Source: Paramecium tetraurelia (Eukaryota). Taken from it: 64,000 bases of DNA. The stretch lies in contig CT868097.1 of assembly GCA_000165425.1 (NCBI GenBank), positions 440,867 through 504,866 on the forward strand, in the 5' to 3' direction. Below the pieces are notes generated by a model, which did not search any database, had not been told where the DNA came from, and was given only the letters and a program-made list of their open reading frames with translations. Shown here piece after piece: positions 10,942-25,327 of this stretch (positions within the stretch are counted from its first letter, which is position 1; each line of letters starts with the position of its first letter). The translations under genes were made by a program, and so were the position numbers.

Positions 10942-13798
10942 TCATTTTCGCTTTATTGCTATTTCCAATTGCATATAATTGATTTCTTCTTCGCTCATAG
11001 GTCTTAAATTTTCAAGTAATAATTTCAGGTTCCTACTTACTTCACCTTATTCAGGTTTTATTAAGTATGAAATTATGGCTTGACTGACTAATTTTACTTT
11101 CTAAACTGGTTTATCCTTTCCCCAACTTTGTTGTAATGTTTAATAAATTAACTCCTCTAGTTCATTGGGATTCACTTATTTTTACAAAACCAAAGTTAAT
11201 ATCTATACTACTTAAAACACAATCGCAGGATTGATATCACTAATGGACATAAACAGAGTCTTAATAATCTTGACCACCAATGGATTGAAGTATTCTTAAC
11301 TATTCTCTACACACTAAAATAAAATTCTAACATATTAAATTTATATGATACTTAAAAAAATAGAGAATTTCTCTTTGCATTTCATATGAATTAAGTGTTA
11401 AAAATGCATCGCAGATCACATCAATTATTTTTTACAAGTATGGTGATTCAAATAGCACAGATTGACAACATCTTATACATTCTTTGACATATTCAACATA
11501 GACCTTCATTAGATCTGGATCTTTCCAACATTTGAACTATTCTATACAAAATAAATGAATTTAATAATCATTTACTTTGGCCCACTGAGCAACAAATTAA
11601 TGATCAGCAGATCTACCAATAGCTTAAGTTATTAACTATAGCCAATTATGTTTTTATATTGGATCAGAATGAAATACTTAATAGGAAATTTACAACAGAT
11701 GAATGACCTATTATTGATTTTAGTAGTTTGACACCTTCAGTATAATTCGAATTAATTTGAAAAATTCATCATATAAAGAACAACTTTATTACCCTTACAA
11801 GACAACAATCAATGGTTCAAATATTGATTGACACAATAGATCTAATAATTACTTTATTTAATCGTTCTCTCTGGCATTCAAATTCATCCATTAAAGTATG
11901 GTGATGACTAAAGTGTTATTGTAGTTGAATTCCTTCTCAGTTACTTAAGGATTCTTAACTTGTTAAAATTGATGATTTGCAAAATTGAATAACTAAAATT
12001 ACTCCAATTTTTACTTATATTAAACACTCTGTGCTGCCTTATGTAAACAATCTGTAACACAACTTTATTATTCCCTCAATGTAGTTACTCACTTGGGATT
12101 AATTGATGAACTCACTAAAATGCAACTCTAAGAATTTGACACTCTCAGTAATCAATTAAACATTATTCAAAGTACTTAGATTGCAAATCTATTCAAATGC
12201 TCTAAAATCATATATTAATATATAAATACACTCCTGCCAAAGGTCCCAATAATGGATGGAGCATGTATTTGAAGAAGTATTAAGTAATTTGAAGCAAAAT
12301 CTCACTATTCAATTACAATTGATTGGTGAACTCACTAAACATTTATAAGGATGTTTTAACGATGATGTCAAAGTTTTGATGAACTGGTAATGACAAAATA
12401 AATTGAACTATTTGTAATATGAGTTGATTGTTGATTTAGATATCAGCCTCATCTATGATTGAGCATAATGAAAACAATGCTGACTCACTTTGAATTATTT
12501 ACATTTAGGAATCAGGGCTTGAAATAACTAAATTAGTTAACACAATCTGAAAGTATTAGTCTGATTGCATATTCATTTCAGCACTTTTATAGATGCTGTA
12601 AAAGATATCCTTAGAATGTTCTCTGAAATCAGAAGTCGATATGAAATGTTAGCCTCCCTCATAATACTTAACATTATAATCGGCATCTTCCTCTTCAGGC
12701 TCTCCTAATAGAAACTCCTTTGTCAATTTGATTGTTTTCATTCTACATTTATCAATCATTGTTTATAATATGTTCAAACCGAACCCTTATAATTTATTAT
12801 ACTCTCTCATCTAGCTCCAAAATTCGAATGTTTAAAATGCAATCTTCCTTGATGGATTACTCACAATATTACCCATCAAATTAAACACTGCTTGTTCATA
12901 TGTTGAGTTGAAAACTATGGCATAGAAATCACATATAAATTTAGTTACAAAGGAGGCATACCCCTTTGACAATTGAGGACTGTAGATTTTAATGATGAAT
13001 TCAAGAATCAAATTTAAATTTTATAACACTCCAGCTTCAATCGAATTTACATTCTATTATCTATTGTACTATGAGAAGATGACACCTTCATTTAATAAGG
13101 CAAATAATTTATCACTATATTCGGTAGCATTTGTTGAAAGTGTTTGATGTAATAAACTTAATATTTATTGAGTTAATTTGAGGTCTTTGAATATATTATA
13201 TGAGAATTGCACCCAACATTCAATACAATACACGGTTTAGTTAAATACACTCAAGTCTTACACCCAGAGCAAATTCAGAAATATCTCAGACAATGTGTTT
13301 TCTTAAGTTATGAATTCCTATTACAATCTTAACTATTCACTTTTCTTATACCATTCCTTGCCCTATATTGCAATCTATGTTAAAATTTCAATTCCTATTG
13401 TCATTTTGGCTTTCATCAACACAACCAACTCTTATAATATTCTAGCTTTATTATAAATAATACCCCTCCCATAGTGATCGATTACCAACTATGATCACGG
13501 CTAAAGAAGAACAGACCTAATTCAGAGCAACGGTTGGTAAGGGTCTTGCTAATAATTCTAGGAGATATGGTTGGATTGCAATATTGCATTCTTCTTTCAA
13601 TCTTCTGTATATCATCTAACATGCAATGAATTAATATTCTTATTGTATATTCGGTTGGTCTAACAATTCTTTTGCAATTGTGAATGCCTCATTGCTTTGT
13701 TGTAGTTTGAGAATGTATTGATTTGCTTGATGACTAATGGTTTTATCAGCATTAGCTAGGTTTTAATATTGTCGAATAAATTCCTCCGTACTAAACAT
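10942..13798 (-). CDS. Importin-beta superfamily karyopherin (transportin-SR/importin-13-like)
   Basis: N-terminus ANQYILKLQQSNEAFTIAKELL...YQFIACQMIYRRLK resembles the IBN_N domain; later segment DFREHSKDIFYSIY; long helical HEAT-like ORF with short introns. Confidence 0.7.
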
Positions 13799-14435
13799 TT
13801 TAGTTAATTAATAATTAAAATTAATCAATTTTTTTACACATTTTTATCCTACAATTTTTAATGACCATTAAAAATGGATTCCTCGTAGTGCTCTCAACCT
13901 AAGATAATTTTGAAAGCACATATAATTATAAAATTGATTTCTAAACCATGCTTAGAAAGCATTGAGGAGTTTTGATTTTTAAATTAAAATGCCCATCGAT
14001 GTGTTTGAGTGAAGTAAATATAAAATGTTAACAATATCATTAATTTATTAAATTGATTTTTTTCTGTAATTAAAGCATCTATAAATTAATTTCTTGATTA
14101 AAATTATAAACTTATTAAAATATCTATCGAAAAACCACATCGTTTACTTTTGTCAATTTTGAAGGTAAGTTTGATTTCCTTTGTAAGTTCTCTCTACGAA
14201 TGAGGCTGATTTGTAAATATATATCGTAATAATTTCTTATTTAACTTTCCAAGAATTATATATAACTGGCAAGAATCAAATATTTAATTTATTAGCCAAC
14301 CCTTTCAAAAATTTTCTTTTCCCAATCTAAATTACATTTGAGCTTTCTTAATTCTTACTTTATGTTTATCTTTGATGTAAATTTCAGAATATATACTATA
14401 TAAGGAGCATATTTTAAATATAAAAAAGATTTAAT

Positions 14436-14861
14436 ATGGGGAATGCTTGTTATAATCAACCCTAAAATGCCACTTAAATGCATACTTAGGAGGAAGAAAG
14501 CCTTGTAAAAGAAGGAAATTTAATAGTTATTCAAAACATGTGTCCAATTATTAAAAAACATGAATACTAACTTGAAAATTTGAATGAGGGAATTGGAGTA
14601 GGCACAATTACTGCTATCATCATTAAACCTAAAGATTAGAGTTAAGTAGTAGAAATTTTAAGGGGGATAAAAAACACAAACACAGAAATCCGATATAATA
14701 ATCGATAGGATTACAATTTTGGTACTCCGTCTTCAAAAAACGATTCAAAAAGAAGCACTATGGGAAAATGTAATAGTGAAAGACACGTTCATTTTTAGGT
14801 TCCCTAAATGTAGATAGTAAAGCATGAACATAAACAATTGAAGTATTCTGTCAAGAAATGA
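14436..14861 (+). CDS. Hypothetical protein with N-terminal MGNAC acylation motif
   Basis: Uninterrupted code-6 ORF MGNACYNQPQ...RHVHFQVP...YSVKK-TGA. Confidence 0.7.
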
Positions 14862-15081
14862 ATAATTAAGCTTTATATATATATAAATATTTAATTGGCA
14901 TAGACAATCTGGAGTGAAAAATATTAAATATTTTGTGCATCCTAAAAGTATTGTTCAGTGTATGTTTGATTTTGCTTTTGCTTTTTAGGGTAAGTTGTTG
15001 AGGTATGAATTAAAATATATTATTATATTGCAATAAGTATTATGTAAATGTATTAAGATTTATTTAAATTAATTTCAAATC

Positions 15082-15846
15082 ATGGATTAACCTTAGAAGG
15101 AAGCTCTCTGTATTCATGTGCATTATTCATAGAGTGGGATCAAATTTAAGATGAGGAATCCCAGCCCCAATAGCCTGAGTAAAAACATTACACAAGCAAC
15201 AAGCCGAAACCCAAAATGCAATCCAGAGGGGAGATTGAGAGATTAATTGATGAATGTCCTGATGAGGAAATCCTACTCAACATTGTGAAATGCCATTTCG
15301 ATGCAACCCTTGAGGAAGTGAAACTAGCATTTCCAAATTTCGAATTCCTCAAAGTTGAAAATTACAATCCAGGCAGTTTTAGTTTGCTCTTCAAGAATAA
15401 GGAATAGGCCAAAGAATTCCTGTTCACAACCAAGGAAACTGTATAAACTCATCTTCTATCATCAGAAAATTAAAGACAGAGGCTTCTGGATCAAATTCCC
15501 CCCTAGGTTTTAGAAGTCCTCCTAGAAATTACCTGATAATCTCAATAAGCAAAATCCCTTGCCCCAAACAGGCACCAAATTTGTAGATGCCCCATAGAAG
15601 AATAGGGATCAATATAACAGAAAAGGTATGTTTGATTTAAAATTGTAGAGCATGATGGAAAGCAATTCAATAGAAGTGATGGATAGAAGAATTACAAAAA
15701 GAAAGACGACGAGGATGATGTAATAGTTTTATGAATAAAATAAGGGTTGGGAAACAGTTATGCCTCACAGAATGCCAAAACCATACAAGCCATACAGAAA
15801 GCCATAATAATAGTAATAATAATAGCAGGGTGTTAAGAAAAATTGA
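15082..15846 (+). CDS. RRM-containing RNA-binding protein
   Basis: RRM-like LNIVKCHFDATLEEVKLAF...SFSLLFKNKEQAKEFL; acidic DDEDDGWETV motif; poly-Gln tail encoded TAA TAA TAG TAA TAA TAA TAG CAG; four short introns. Confidence 0.75.
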
Positions 15847-15889
15847 GAAAATATATATCTTTTAACAAGTAAATTTATTAAAATAATTA

Positions 15890-18800
15890 ATGGGAGTACC
15901 CAATTTCTATTCTTGGTTATCTAAACGATATCCAATGTGCAAATACCCTTTCACCAAACATCATGGGCATTAAATAGATTTCCTCTATCTTGACATGAAT
16001 TAAGTCATCTATAAGTGCGCAACCAATTAAACCATTTTAAAGGACTATATGATAGAAAAGAGTATCGAATCCCTTTGGACATCCATCTTAAATTACATTG
16101 ACACCATAATTAATTTAGTGGATCCACAATTAGTCATTTATTTGACTTTTGATGGAGTTGCACCAAGAGCAAAGGCTAATTAATAAAGATAGCGCCGATT
16201 CGCATCTTCAAAAGGGGATGCCAAAATCAAATAATTGCTCAAGTAGTTGGATTTGGAGTAATAAAACCACACCTTTAAAAATAATTAGATAACTGCAGGT
16301 ACAGAATTTATGTATGAATTAAATGAACAAGTCAAATTTTTTATCAATCGTAAATTCAAAGAAGATGAAAAATACGCTAACTTATAAGTCATCTTCTCAG
16401 GCAGTGATGTTCCTGGAGAAGGTGAACACAAGATACTAGAATTCATGAGAGGAATCAAAAACCAATAAAATTTCAACCCAGATTGGACTCATTGCATTTA
16501 TAGTGCTGATGCAGATCTAATTATGCTTGGATTAGGAATACATCTCAAATATGTGTCTATCATAAGAGAACAAAGCAATATGGATTAAATCAAAACCTAA
16601 ATAGCTTGCAAGAGAAGCATTGAAACTGTTAAATTTGAGTTGATTAACCTATAAATCGTTAAAGAATATTTGGACTTAGAATACAAGACCATCCAAATGA
16701 AGATTCCTTACAACATAGATAGGGTAATAGATGATTTTCTTTTACTGTTCTTTTTAATTGGAAATGACTTCTTACCACGTGTCTATTGCTTCGATATTAA
16801 GTAGGGTACTGTGGAATTGTTAATCGATACCTTTAAATCATTCCTAGAACAATGTGATGAATACGTGACTCAAGATGGATGGATAAATTGGAAATCAATG
16901 TCATTATTAGTTTAAGTGCTGTCTAAATTTGAAATCAAGGCCATTGAAAAAAGAGTCGAAGAATTGAAAAAATAAATCAAGGATACTGATAATCCAGAAT
17001 ACTAAGATTATAAAATTCAATGGGAAAGTGAATTGAAGATCCTCGATGCCTTAAACATCCAATTTTCTAATAATAACTCAGTTGTGGCTAGGAAATTGTT
17101 TTATGAAAGCAAATGCTAAATCGATATAGACACTGAAGAAGGTAAGAAAGAATTAGATAAGATAATTCTAAAATATTTGGAAGGATTTTAATTTGTTTTG
17201 AGTTATTATTATCATGGAGTGCCTTCTTGGGAATGGTATTATAGCTATTATTATTCACCAATGTGTTTCGATTTATGTGTATATTTGAGTAAGAATTAAA
17301 TAGAAAAAATGTAATTATTACCTTATTATTATATTTAGATAATTTGGATAAAGCAAACCTTATGATCCATTTCAGTAATTGCTCCTTATCTTACCTCCTC
17401 ACAATGCTAATTTACTGCCTGCTCCTTTTAGAGGACTTTATGATTTGGAATCCCCATTAAGGAAACCATTTGATTATTACCCTGATGAATACGAGATAGA
17501 TCCATTTGGAGCAATATGGGAACATCAATTTATATGCAAGGTTCCATTTATGAATTCTGATTTGTTGATTTCAGAATATAAGAAAATAGATCAAAGTCAA
17601 TTGAATGAATTAGAGAGAGAAAGAAGCAAATTTGGTCATGCATATCTGTTTGTCCAAACTAAAATCAAAGGAGATTCCATTTAATCTAAATTACCAAAAA
17701 TATTTAAGAACAAAAAGTATAGAACAGAATAAATTTAATTAAATGGAAATATACATTAGGATGCTTAAGAAGTCTTATCAAGAATTAAAAATTAAAAGGT
17801 TAAACAGAATGAATTACCTATTCTACCTTCTTTACATGTTCTAAAGATTAATAAAACATGGTTATAAAATAAAAAAGATAAACACAAAAATCAAAGAGTA
17901 TTAAAGGTTGAGTTGGCTTCAAAGAATTTAGATTTCTTAGATAAGATTGAAAGTGCCAGTGATCAAACTTAAACATTCGATTGTTATTGCGGATATCCAT
18001 AAAATTATTATGGAGAAGTGGCTTTGGTAGTTAGTAAGAAATCATTTTTGTTCCTTAAAAACTATTAGCTTAAAAATATGCAAATACTGTCTGAATTCAG
18101 AGATGACATTTTAGATGAAGTCAAAAATGACATTTATGATCATTTGAAATATACAATGTAAACTAGATTAGAGAATTAGGGGATATTTTTAGAGTCAATT
18201 AATGCCATTGCAGTTGTTTATTTTTATAAGGAGATCATAAGAAATCCAGATAGAACATTAGGTTATAATATGTTGAACGTTAGAGAGGAAGTGATGCCAT
18301 TAGAATGGATTTCAGATCAGAAGATTGTTGAATTGGTGGATTACAGATTAGAGAATCAAATTGATTTAATAAATTAAAAAGTCATTGTAGTTAATAATGA
18401 TAAGAATTAAATCTGTGGGTCGATTGGCTGTGTTGAAAAGAAGATTAATTAAGATTAGTATATCGTCAAGATTCTTAGATAACCAATTTTACAAACAGAC
18501 AATAATAAAATCAAAGTGTAAAAGTTTTTCGATATTGGATTTGTGTCTGAAAAATTAAATATACCTCCAGAAATAATTCATTATATTTTAGGATGCATTA
18601 AAATCTTCATTGGGGATAAGAAAAAGTAAACTGACATTATAGTTTAATAAATTGATATTGGTTTTAATGCAGTACACAAAGGTAAAAACTAATTAGTACC
18701 TGAATTACTGAGAATAAATGAAGCTCAATTTGATTCAGAAGGATATGAAAAATTCAAACAGTTCGAAAAAGCTTAGCTTTCCGAAACCTTAGTAACAGAT

Positions 18801-19566
18801 TTGGAAGAGTATGCTAAAAGGTTGCCAGAATTGATTAAGTTTCTAAAATCTGTTGTATGGTTATTTGATATATATTTAAGGGTAAAGAGAAGTTAAGGTC
18901 TCTACAGTAGATTAAAATTACAGACATTTTCAAAGATGATGTTCAAGCCGGTATTAATACTATTTTGAAGCATTACACTTGGCTTCTTATGCTCCCAACT
19001 TCACAATATACTTTATGTAATGTTGCGTCATCAACATATTCGAGTCAAACCATTAAAGCTTTAGAGGAATCAAAGTAGTCCTAAAAGGTTCAGAGGACTT
19101 TGTTTACTCATAAATTTTGGTTATTAAATCAAGAAAAGTTTTATGTTCCCCCACTGATGACTGAACATCCCAAAATCCATAAATTAGGGGATAGAGTAGT
19201 AGCATTAAATGTAAAATCTTAGTTAATAAATAGAATAATTATACAAATTTCGGTGCTTATGGAGTTGTAGTTGGCGTAATAGATAATGGAGAAATAATGA
19301 TTGAAGTTCTATGGGATAAACCTCGTTTTGGATAAACAGATTTAGGAGGAAGATGCTCTCCTTTGAGAGGATCATTGGTTCGCTTTTTAGATATTTTTAA
19401 CATTACACAATAATGGCAAGAATAATTAAACACATATAGTGGAGGTGCCAAAGGTCATTAAGTTGAGAGTTGGACTTATAAGTAAAAAGTATTTGTACCT
19501 TCTCATGAAAAACCTGATTATAAAAAAAAGAAATAACATCAACCAAAATAAGGGTAGACCTAATGA
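15890..19566 (+). CDS. XRN1: 5'-3' exoribonuclease, XRN1-type (divergent)
   Basis: MGVPNFYSWLSKRYP, YLDMN, DGVAPRAKANQQRQRRF, PGEGEHKI, DADLIMLGL, GNDFLP and SWEWYY; C-terminal LGDRVV SH3-like segment typical of Xrn1. Confidence 0.9.
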
Positions 19567-19725
19567 ATAAATACAAAATTAAAGAAATATTCTATTATTT
19601 TCTAGTTTCAATGGTTCATTCAATAAAGACCATAAACAATTATTAAATTAAAATATTATATATTGATAAAAATAAAATATTTCTTTTATAAATTATGAAA
19701 ATGAAGTGATTGATAATAAATTCTT

Positions 19726-20523
19726 ATGCAACAAACTTATATAAATTTTCATGCTTATTAGGTGAGGGTTTGTAGTTCAACTACTTTATTGGCTTCAGAC
19801 TATCCTTTCTATAGTAATTTCTAGGTTTTGTTCTCTTATTGATTCAGATACTTAATTATCAATATTGAGCATAAGCTTTACACTCCAATTCCACAAAGTT
19901 GTCCAAATGATGGGATTTATACTTTATATTAATATACATTTTATACATCCGAAAAGAAACTTAAAGAATATGTAGAAGGGAAAACACCAACCCAATTATG
20001 CTAAAATGATAGTTGCAGTCTCAATTGCAAATGTCCTTATCATTATTGGAAGGCCCACTATCAGGAGAACTCCTACAATCGCAAAAAATATCCACTCCAT
20101 CAAACCTGGTTATAAAAGACTATTGATTATTTCAATCGTAATACCCTTCAATTGGGAAGAATAACGGAACGAAAATCACCGTCATCAATCCTATAACATG
20201 AGTGATTGTAAAAAGATTTTCACTATCCACTTTCTTAAAGCAATCTGCTGAGTAGCATAAGAACAATCCTCCTACAATAGAATATATTATTCCATTAAGT
20301 TATAAGGCCTCTGGATTAGAAGCCAATTTTTAAAGGGTCTCTGTAGAGAATGCAGCCCCAATAAATATGCCACAAAGAGGTAAGAGAAGTTCTTTTCTTA
20401 ATTCCTATTTATATCTAAGGTTTTCGTAAACGTAATTCAAAGGCCACACACTTACAAAGAAGAATACGGAGACAAATCTATCATTCTATTTCAAAGAACA
20501 GATCAAAAGTACTAAAGCAATGA
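19726..20523 (+). CDS. Hypothetical protein
   Basis: Open code-6 segment KKLKEYVEGKTPTQLCQNDSCSLNCKCPYHYWKAHY... with intron-like inserts; 5' end uncertain. Confidence 0.5.
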
Positions 20524-21100
20524 TTAAAGAGAGTGCTTAAAATATTTTGAATTATTCTTACATGCATGTTTCACTTTCCAATTTAAACCATTTTCTTATA
20601 TGTATGGAAGAATGTTGCTTTGACTAATCATTTTAAAATTTGCACAAAACATGAGCAATACAGAAATAAATATTAGCTCTAAGTTTGGTAATGTACTTAA
20701 AATAAATTAAAAATACAAGCTACCTAAAATGTTTATCTCTCATTGTCAATATGAATGTAAGAACAGCTGATACTATAATTACATATAAACAGCCTGCTAT
20801 TTTGTAATATTTATATTCAAAGTTTTCAATAGCATCAAAAATTAGCAATAAAACTCTTGAAGATTAACTAGACTCTGTGTTTTCATTTTCATTGTTGAGT
20901 TAGTTTAACTTTTAAGTTAACTCCTGATTATCCATAATTTAGGAAATTAAAAATTTTAATTTATTTATGAAATAGCATAAGCCTTAATAAAGGAGAATTC
21001 ATTATATAAATGATTTCGTAATTCTATTGAAAATTATTGATTAAATACGATCAGACTATTAATAATATTATAAAAACTTAATAATAATTTAAATTGATTA

Positions 21101-24100
21101 TCAATATTTTCTAGGTCTTCTTTTTGTAGTCTTTCTCCTTGACTTTTTTGGCTATTATGCCTCTTCCTCGGGTTCTTCAACTACCTCTTCCTATAACTTA
21201 GTTTCAGCTCGTTCCTCTACCTCCTCAAAGATACCCAATTCATCAAACAACTTAAACATACTTTGTGAGTCTCCTAATTCAAAATCTAACAATTCATCAA
21301 TCAGTTCCAATTCTTATTTGTACTTATTCTCCTTGCCAACACTCTACCTTTTGTCTTACTCACTATCTGATAGATCACTATCCTGAATTTAGAGATTCAT
21401 CTCACTTGAATTCACATATTAATTAAATTTATTTATATGTTGAGGACATATTTCAAAACATAGGATCTCTTTTTCTATTTTCTTACTTAACCTTTTCTAG
21501 GATTTTCGTTTAATTACTTTCATTTGATAAATCTATCTCAAAGTCCGACTACTCTCACCAAAAATCTATTCTGGTTTAACTACAAGTTAATATGCATAAA
21601 ATAGTTTTAGAAGTATAGCTTTGATAATCTGATAATCTTTTTCAACGCTCAATTGTTACAGCTTTTTCTCTATTCTACTTAAGAAATCATCAAATCTGTT
21701 CAGCAAAGCCTTTAAAATTAGTTTAATCTCTTGCTTTGATAAGTATTATAAGTGTATTATTTAATATAAAATAAATTGAGCTTGATTAAAGTATGTTCTG
21801 CTATCAATCTTATTCAAAAAATATGATTCATCCAAATATAACAAAAAGTCACTAAACTTTTGAGCACATACATCATAGTAAATTGAATGACATAACACTT
21901 AATTATTAGAAATTGTATAATTCTTTAACAAATTGTCCAAACCTGTAAAATAGGGTTTAAGTGAAGCGTAATTCTGTATCATCAGTTTAATTCCCTTTGG
22001 AAATTGTAATAACATATGTTCAGGTCTAACTTCAATACACTTTTTCAAGATAGGTTCAGCGATGTCAGCATCATTCATTAATGCTACTATCAAATAATCT
22101 CCAAATTAAAGGGCAATAGAGAGTTAATTATCAAATAGCAATTCTATCAATTTTAAAACTAAGACCCTTATGTTTTTGTTTGGATGTAAAATATGCTACT
22201 AGAATACTACGTTAAATATGTCCTTAATCATAAATGCCAGCTAGCTTTTATCGACTATTTGACTAAATTATTATTTCTGTGCTTAGCTATTTGCCTCTAA
22301 AATTGATTCATAAAAAATTTAATAGATTGCAATTATGATAGGTTCTTAAAATGTATTTTCTTTTAAGTTTTCTTTCAAAAATTCACTGCTTTCAAACATT
22401 AATTAAGGCAGTTTCTCCCACATCTTAGATAAGGTGAAAATAATCTCCTCCTAAGCAGCCTTTTCTTTAGAAAATTCAAGCAAACTATTGTATAAGGTCT
22501 ACATTGACTCTAAGAAGGATTCTATATCTTTAGTAGTTTTCGTGATAAAATATTCAAAATATTCAAATATTTAACAAAATCCAATTAAACCAAATTAAAA
22601 GCTTACAGGATTCTCTTCAGCTTTTACTAAAATTAATTTCATTACTATTTCAAATTTTGAATAAATATTCTCATATTTTTTTGTATACCTCAAATCCAAT
22701 AACGTTGAAAGAGTAAAAATTGTTTTAACAAAAGGTGTTTTCGGATGAATTTTATATATTATCTTTTCTATAAAAATAATTAAGTAATCAAGTTAATTAG
22801 TTAACTTCTTAGTTAACTAAAAAGGAATTTTATCATAATTTCTTCTACCAGTAGAATTGAGATCTTCAAGACAAAAGACTAAAATCTTAAACAATCCATT
22901 TAGAATATTGACAAAAGGAGTATCGAGAAATTCTTCCTATTTATTCAAAAAATAGGATGTAATTTGCATTATATTATCAATTTATTTAATGAAGGTTTAT
23001 TATTAAGCCTAGTTCTTTTAATTAATTATGATTTATATCAGTTTTAACACGTTTTCTATTTGGTTAATTTATTACTTAGTTTCCTTAACATCAATACAAC
23101 TATTCGAAAGTTGAATTAGTCTCAATATAAAAGAATGCAAAATGCCCTATTTATCAATGATCTTATTGTTGTCAGACAATTTATCAATTAAACTTTATAT
23201 ACGATCGTAGTCTATTTTATAATTATTAGTCTCAATAGTTAATTCTAACAATTTATCTGCAATTTCCTAATCTCTATTTTTTGCATCTGTGGCTAAAAGT
23301 AAGAGAATCAACTAGGCTGATATTTCTCCAATTTCTCCTTTTTCTTCCAATCTTTTGGAGACTTCTTCGAAAAATCTGATTTGATCATTTGATTACAATT
23401 CCTTAAATAAGTCAATAAATTCTAAACAATATTTTATAGTCTTGTTCCTAACAAATATTTCAATGTCTTGCATTCTATTAATAATAATATCTAGGCATGT
23501 TATTTTACATTCCTTCCATAACTTCAACAATGTTTGCACTATCATGGCTCTAATTTGCTTAGATATGTCCTGTGCCCTCAATTTTATCCTTTCGATTATA
23601 TTCTAAGTATTAAATAAACTGAATTCTAGTATTTAAAATAACAATTACAATAATTTTTTGGAATTTGCATTTTAACTACTTTAAGGCAATAATTTTCAAA
23701 TTAATGAAGCACCTTTGCTCTAACCTAAATAGAATTGTCTTCAAAAAAAGCTAATAAGATCAATTCAATATTTTAATATGTTTAAAATAACTACTAGAAT
23801 AATAGACTCATATATGAGAAGTACCATAAATACATGTGTATATCTGATAATCTGCTATAATCAATGCACATTTATTCGAGAGACTATGCAATTTCATCTA
23901 ATTTTTAAATGCTAATGGATTTTGATTTTTTATTTTATTTCCCACTATTTACACTTTGAGTGATAAGATAATTTTCATAGTAGAGTTTCATCCAATTGCA
24001 CTTTGTTTTGCATGCATGACCATATGTGATAGTTGGCAAATACACTTAATCTTCATAATTATTGCTTAATTGTAATTGGGTACAAAAACATCCTTTGCAG

Positions 24101-25134
24101 CACTCTATTAACTTTTCCTTCTTTTCAGTTTCAATTTCAATTAGTTGATACATTTCTTAATCCTTATATTAACACAAATAGCAATCTCCGTCAGGTAATT
24201 GTTTGATATCGTAAAAATTGAAATAAAAATTAATCATATATAATCTATCTGCATTATATAAGTTTATTACTAATTCTAATAATTTTAACTTCTATTGGGA
24301 CATCAGTTTTTTCTCATATTATAAATAACTAATAGTATTGGCTATTTCATTTACTAATAATGTAATCAATTAAGTAGCACAAAATATGGAATCTATTTTC
24401 TCTGGAAGTTGAGTACTAAATTAAATTAGAAACTCTCCAACAGCTGAAGCCTACGATTAGGCAACGTAATTCCTTAATAAATCCCTAAAAAAATGTCTAT
24501 AAGCAGCCAAAATTAAATTGTATGTTTATTATGCTTGCTCCAATGATGGAGAGAATACTGAAACTATTTTAGTAATTAAATTCAAAAGTGGATGCATATC
24601 ATCAATCTTCTGATAAGATTTCTTTGGCTTCGCTAATTTTAATGTCGTTGTTATATGTTTTAAGATTAATTCCAAATTGAAATTTGTATTTTTCAAAATA
24701 AACACTATTATTTCGATCATATCACTTACATGATACTCTTTCATGATATATTCAATTAATTTTGGAACAGTCTCTTCAGCCCAATCTTCATTAAATTAAT
24801 ATTCTTTAGAAATTTCATCCATTACAAATGATAATATTTCTGGATTATTGATATGACTAATGAAACATTATAAAGCATTATTGAATATTTGATGGGAGCT
24901 ATCTAATTTATATAGTTTCATATAAGTTAGTAAGAAATCTTCATCATTTGTTAATTCTTGAAACTAATTTTTTTGTAATTTGAATTTCATTTTGGATAAA
25001 ACAAGAGGAAATTTTTCTTTAAAATACTGCTATGCTTCAGAACTATACTCGATGTTTTCTTTGGGGTATTTTACTCCTTCATCCCCTTTTATTTTTGAAC
25101 AAAGAAAATTGATATGCTTATCAATATTTTACAT
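21101..25134 (-). CDS. Large HEAT-repeat protein, probable cohesin loader Scc2/NIPBL
   Basis: FEDNSIQVRA and IIERIKLRAQDISKQIRAMIVQTLLKLW resemble NIPBL HEAT repeats. QHILHPNKNIRVLVLKLIELLFDNQL...DYLIVALMND resembles the Nipped-B_C region. Acidic/basic C-tail. Confidence 0.6.
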
Positions 25135-25327
25135 AAATGTTTGTATTATTAAATTTAAGTATTTATAAATAGGAATTACAATCTCATAAACTTACCAGAA
25201 AATCAAACCATTCATACTAAAGGGAATTCTTAAAAGAATAAAAAACAAAACTACCATTACATATTTGTAGAACTTTAAAAAAATATACTTTAATTTCATA
25301 CTCTAATTAGCATAATTATAATTTGAA

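Noticed and set aside
14935..14995. Hairpin ATCCTAAAAG...TTTTTAGGGT in an intergenic region
   Set aside because: Single low-complexity stem without H/ACA or C/D boxes; not enough to call an ncRNA.
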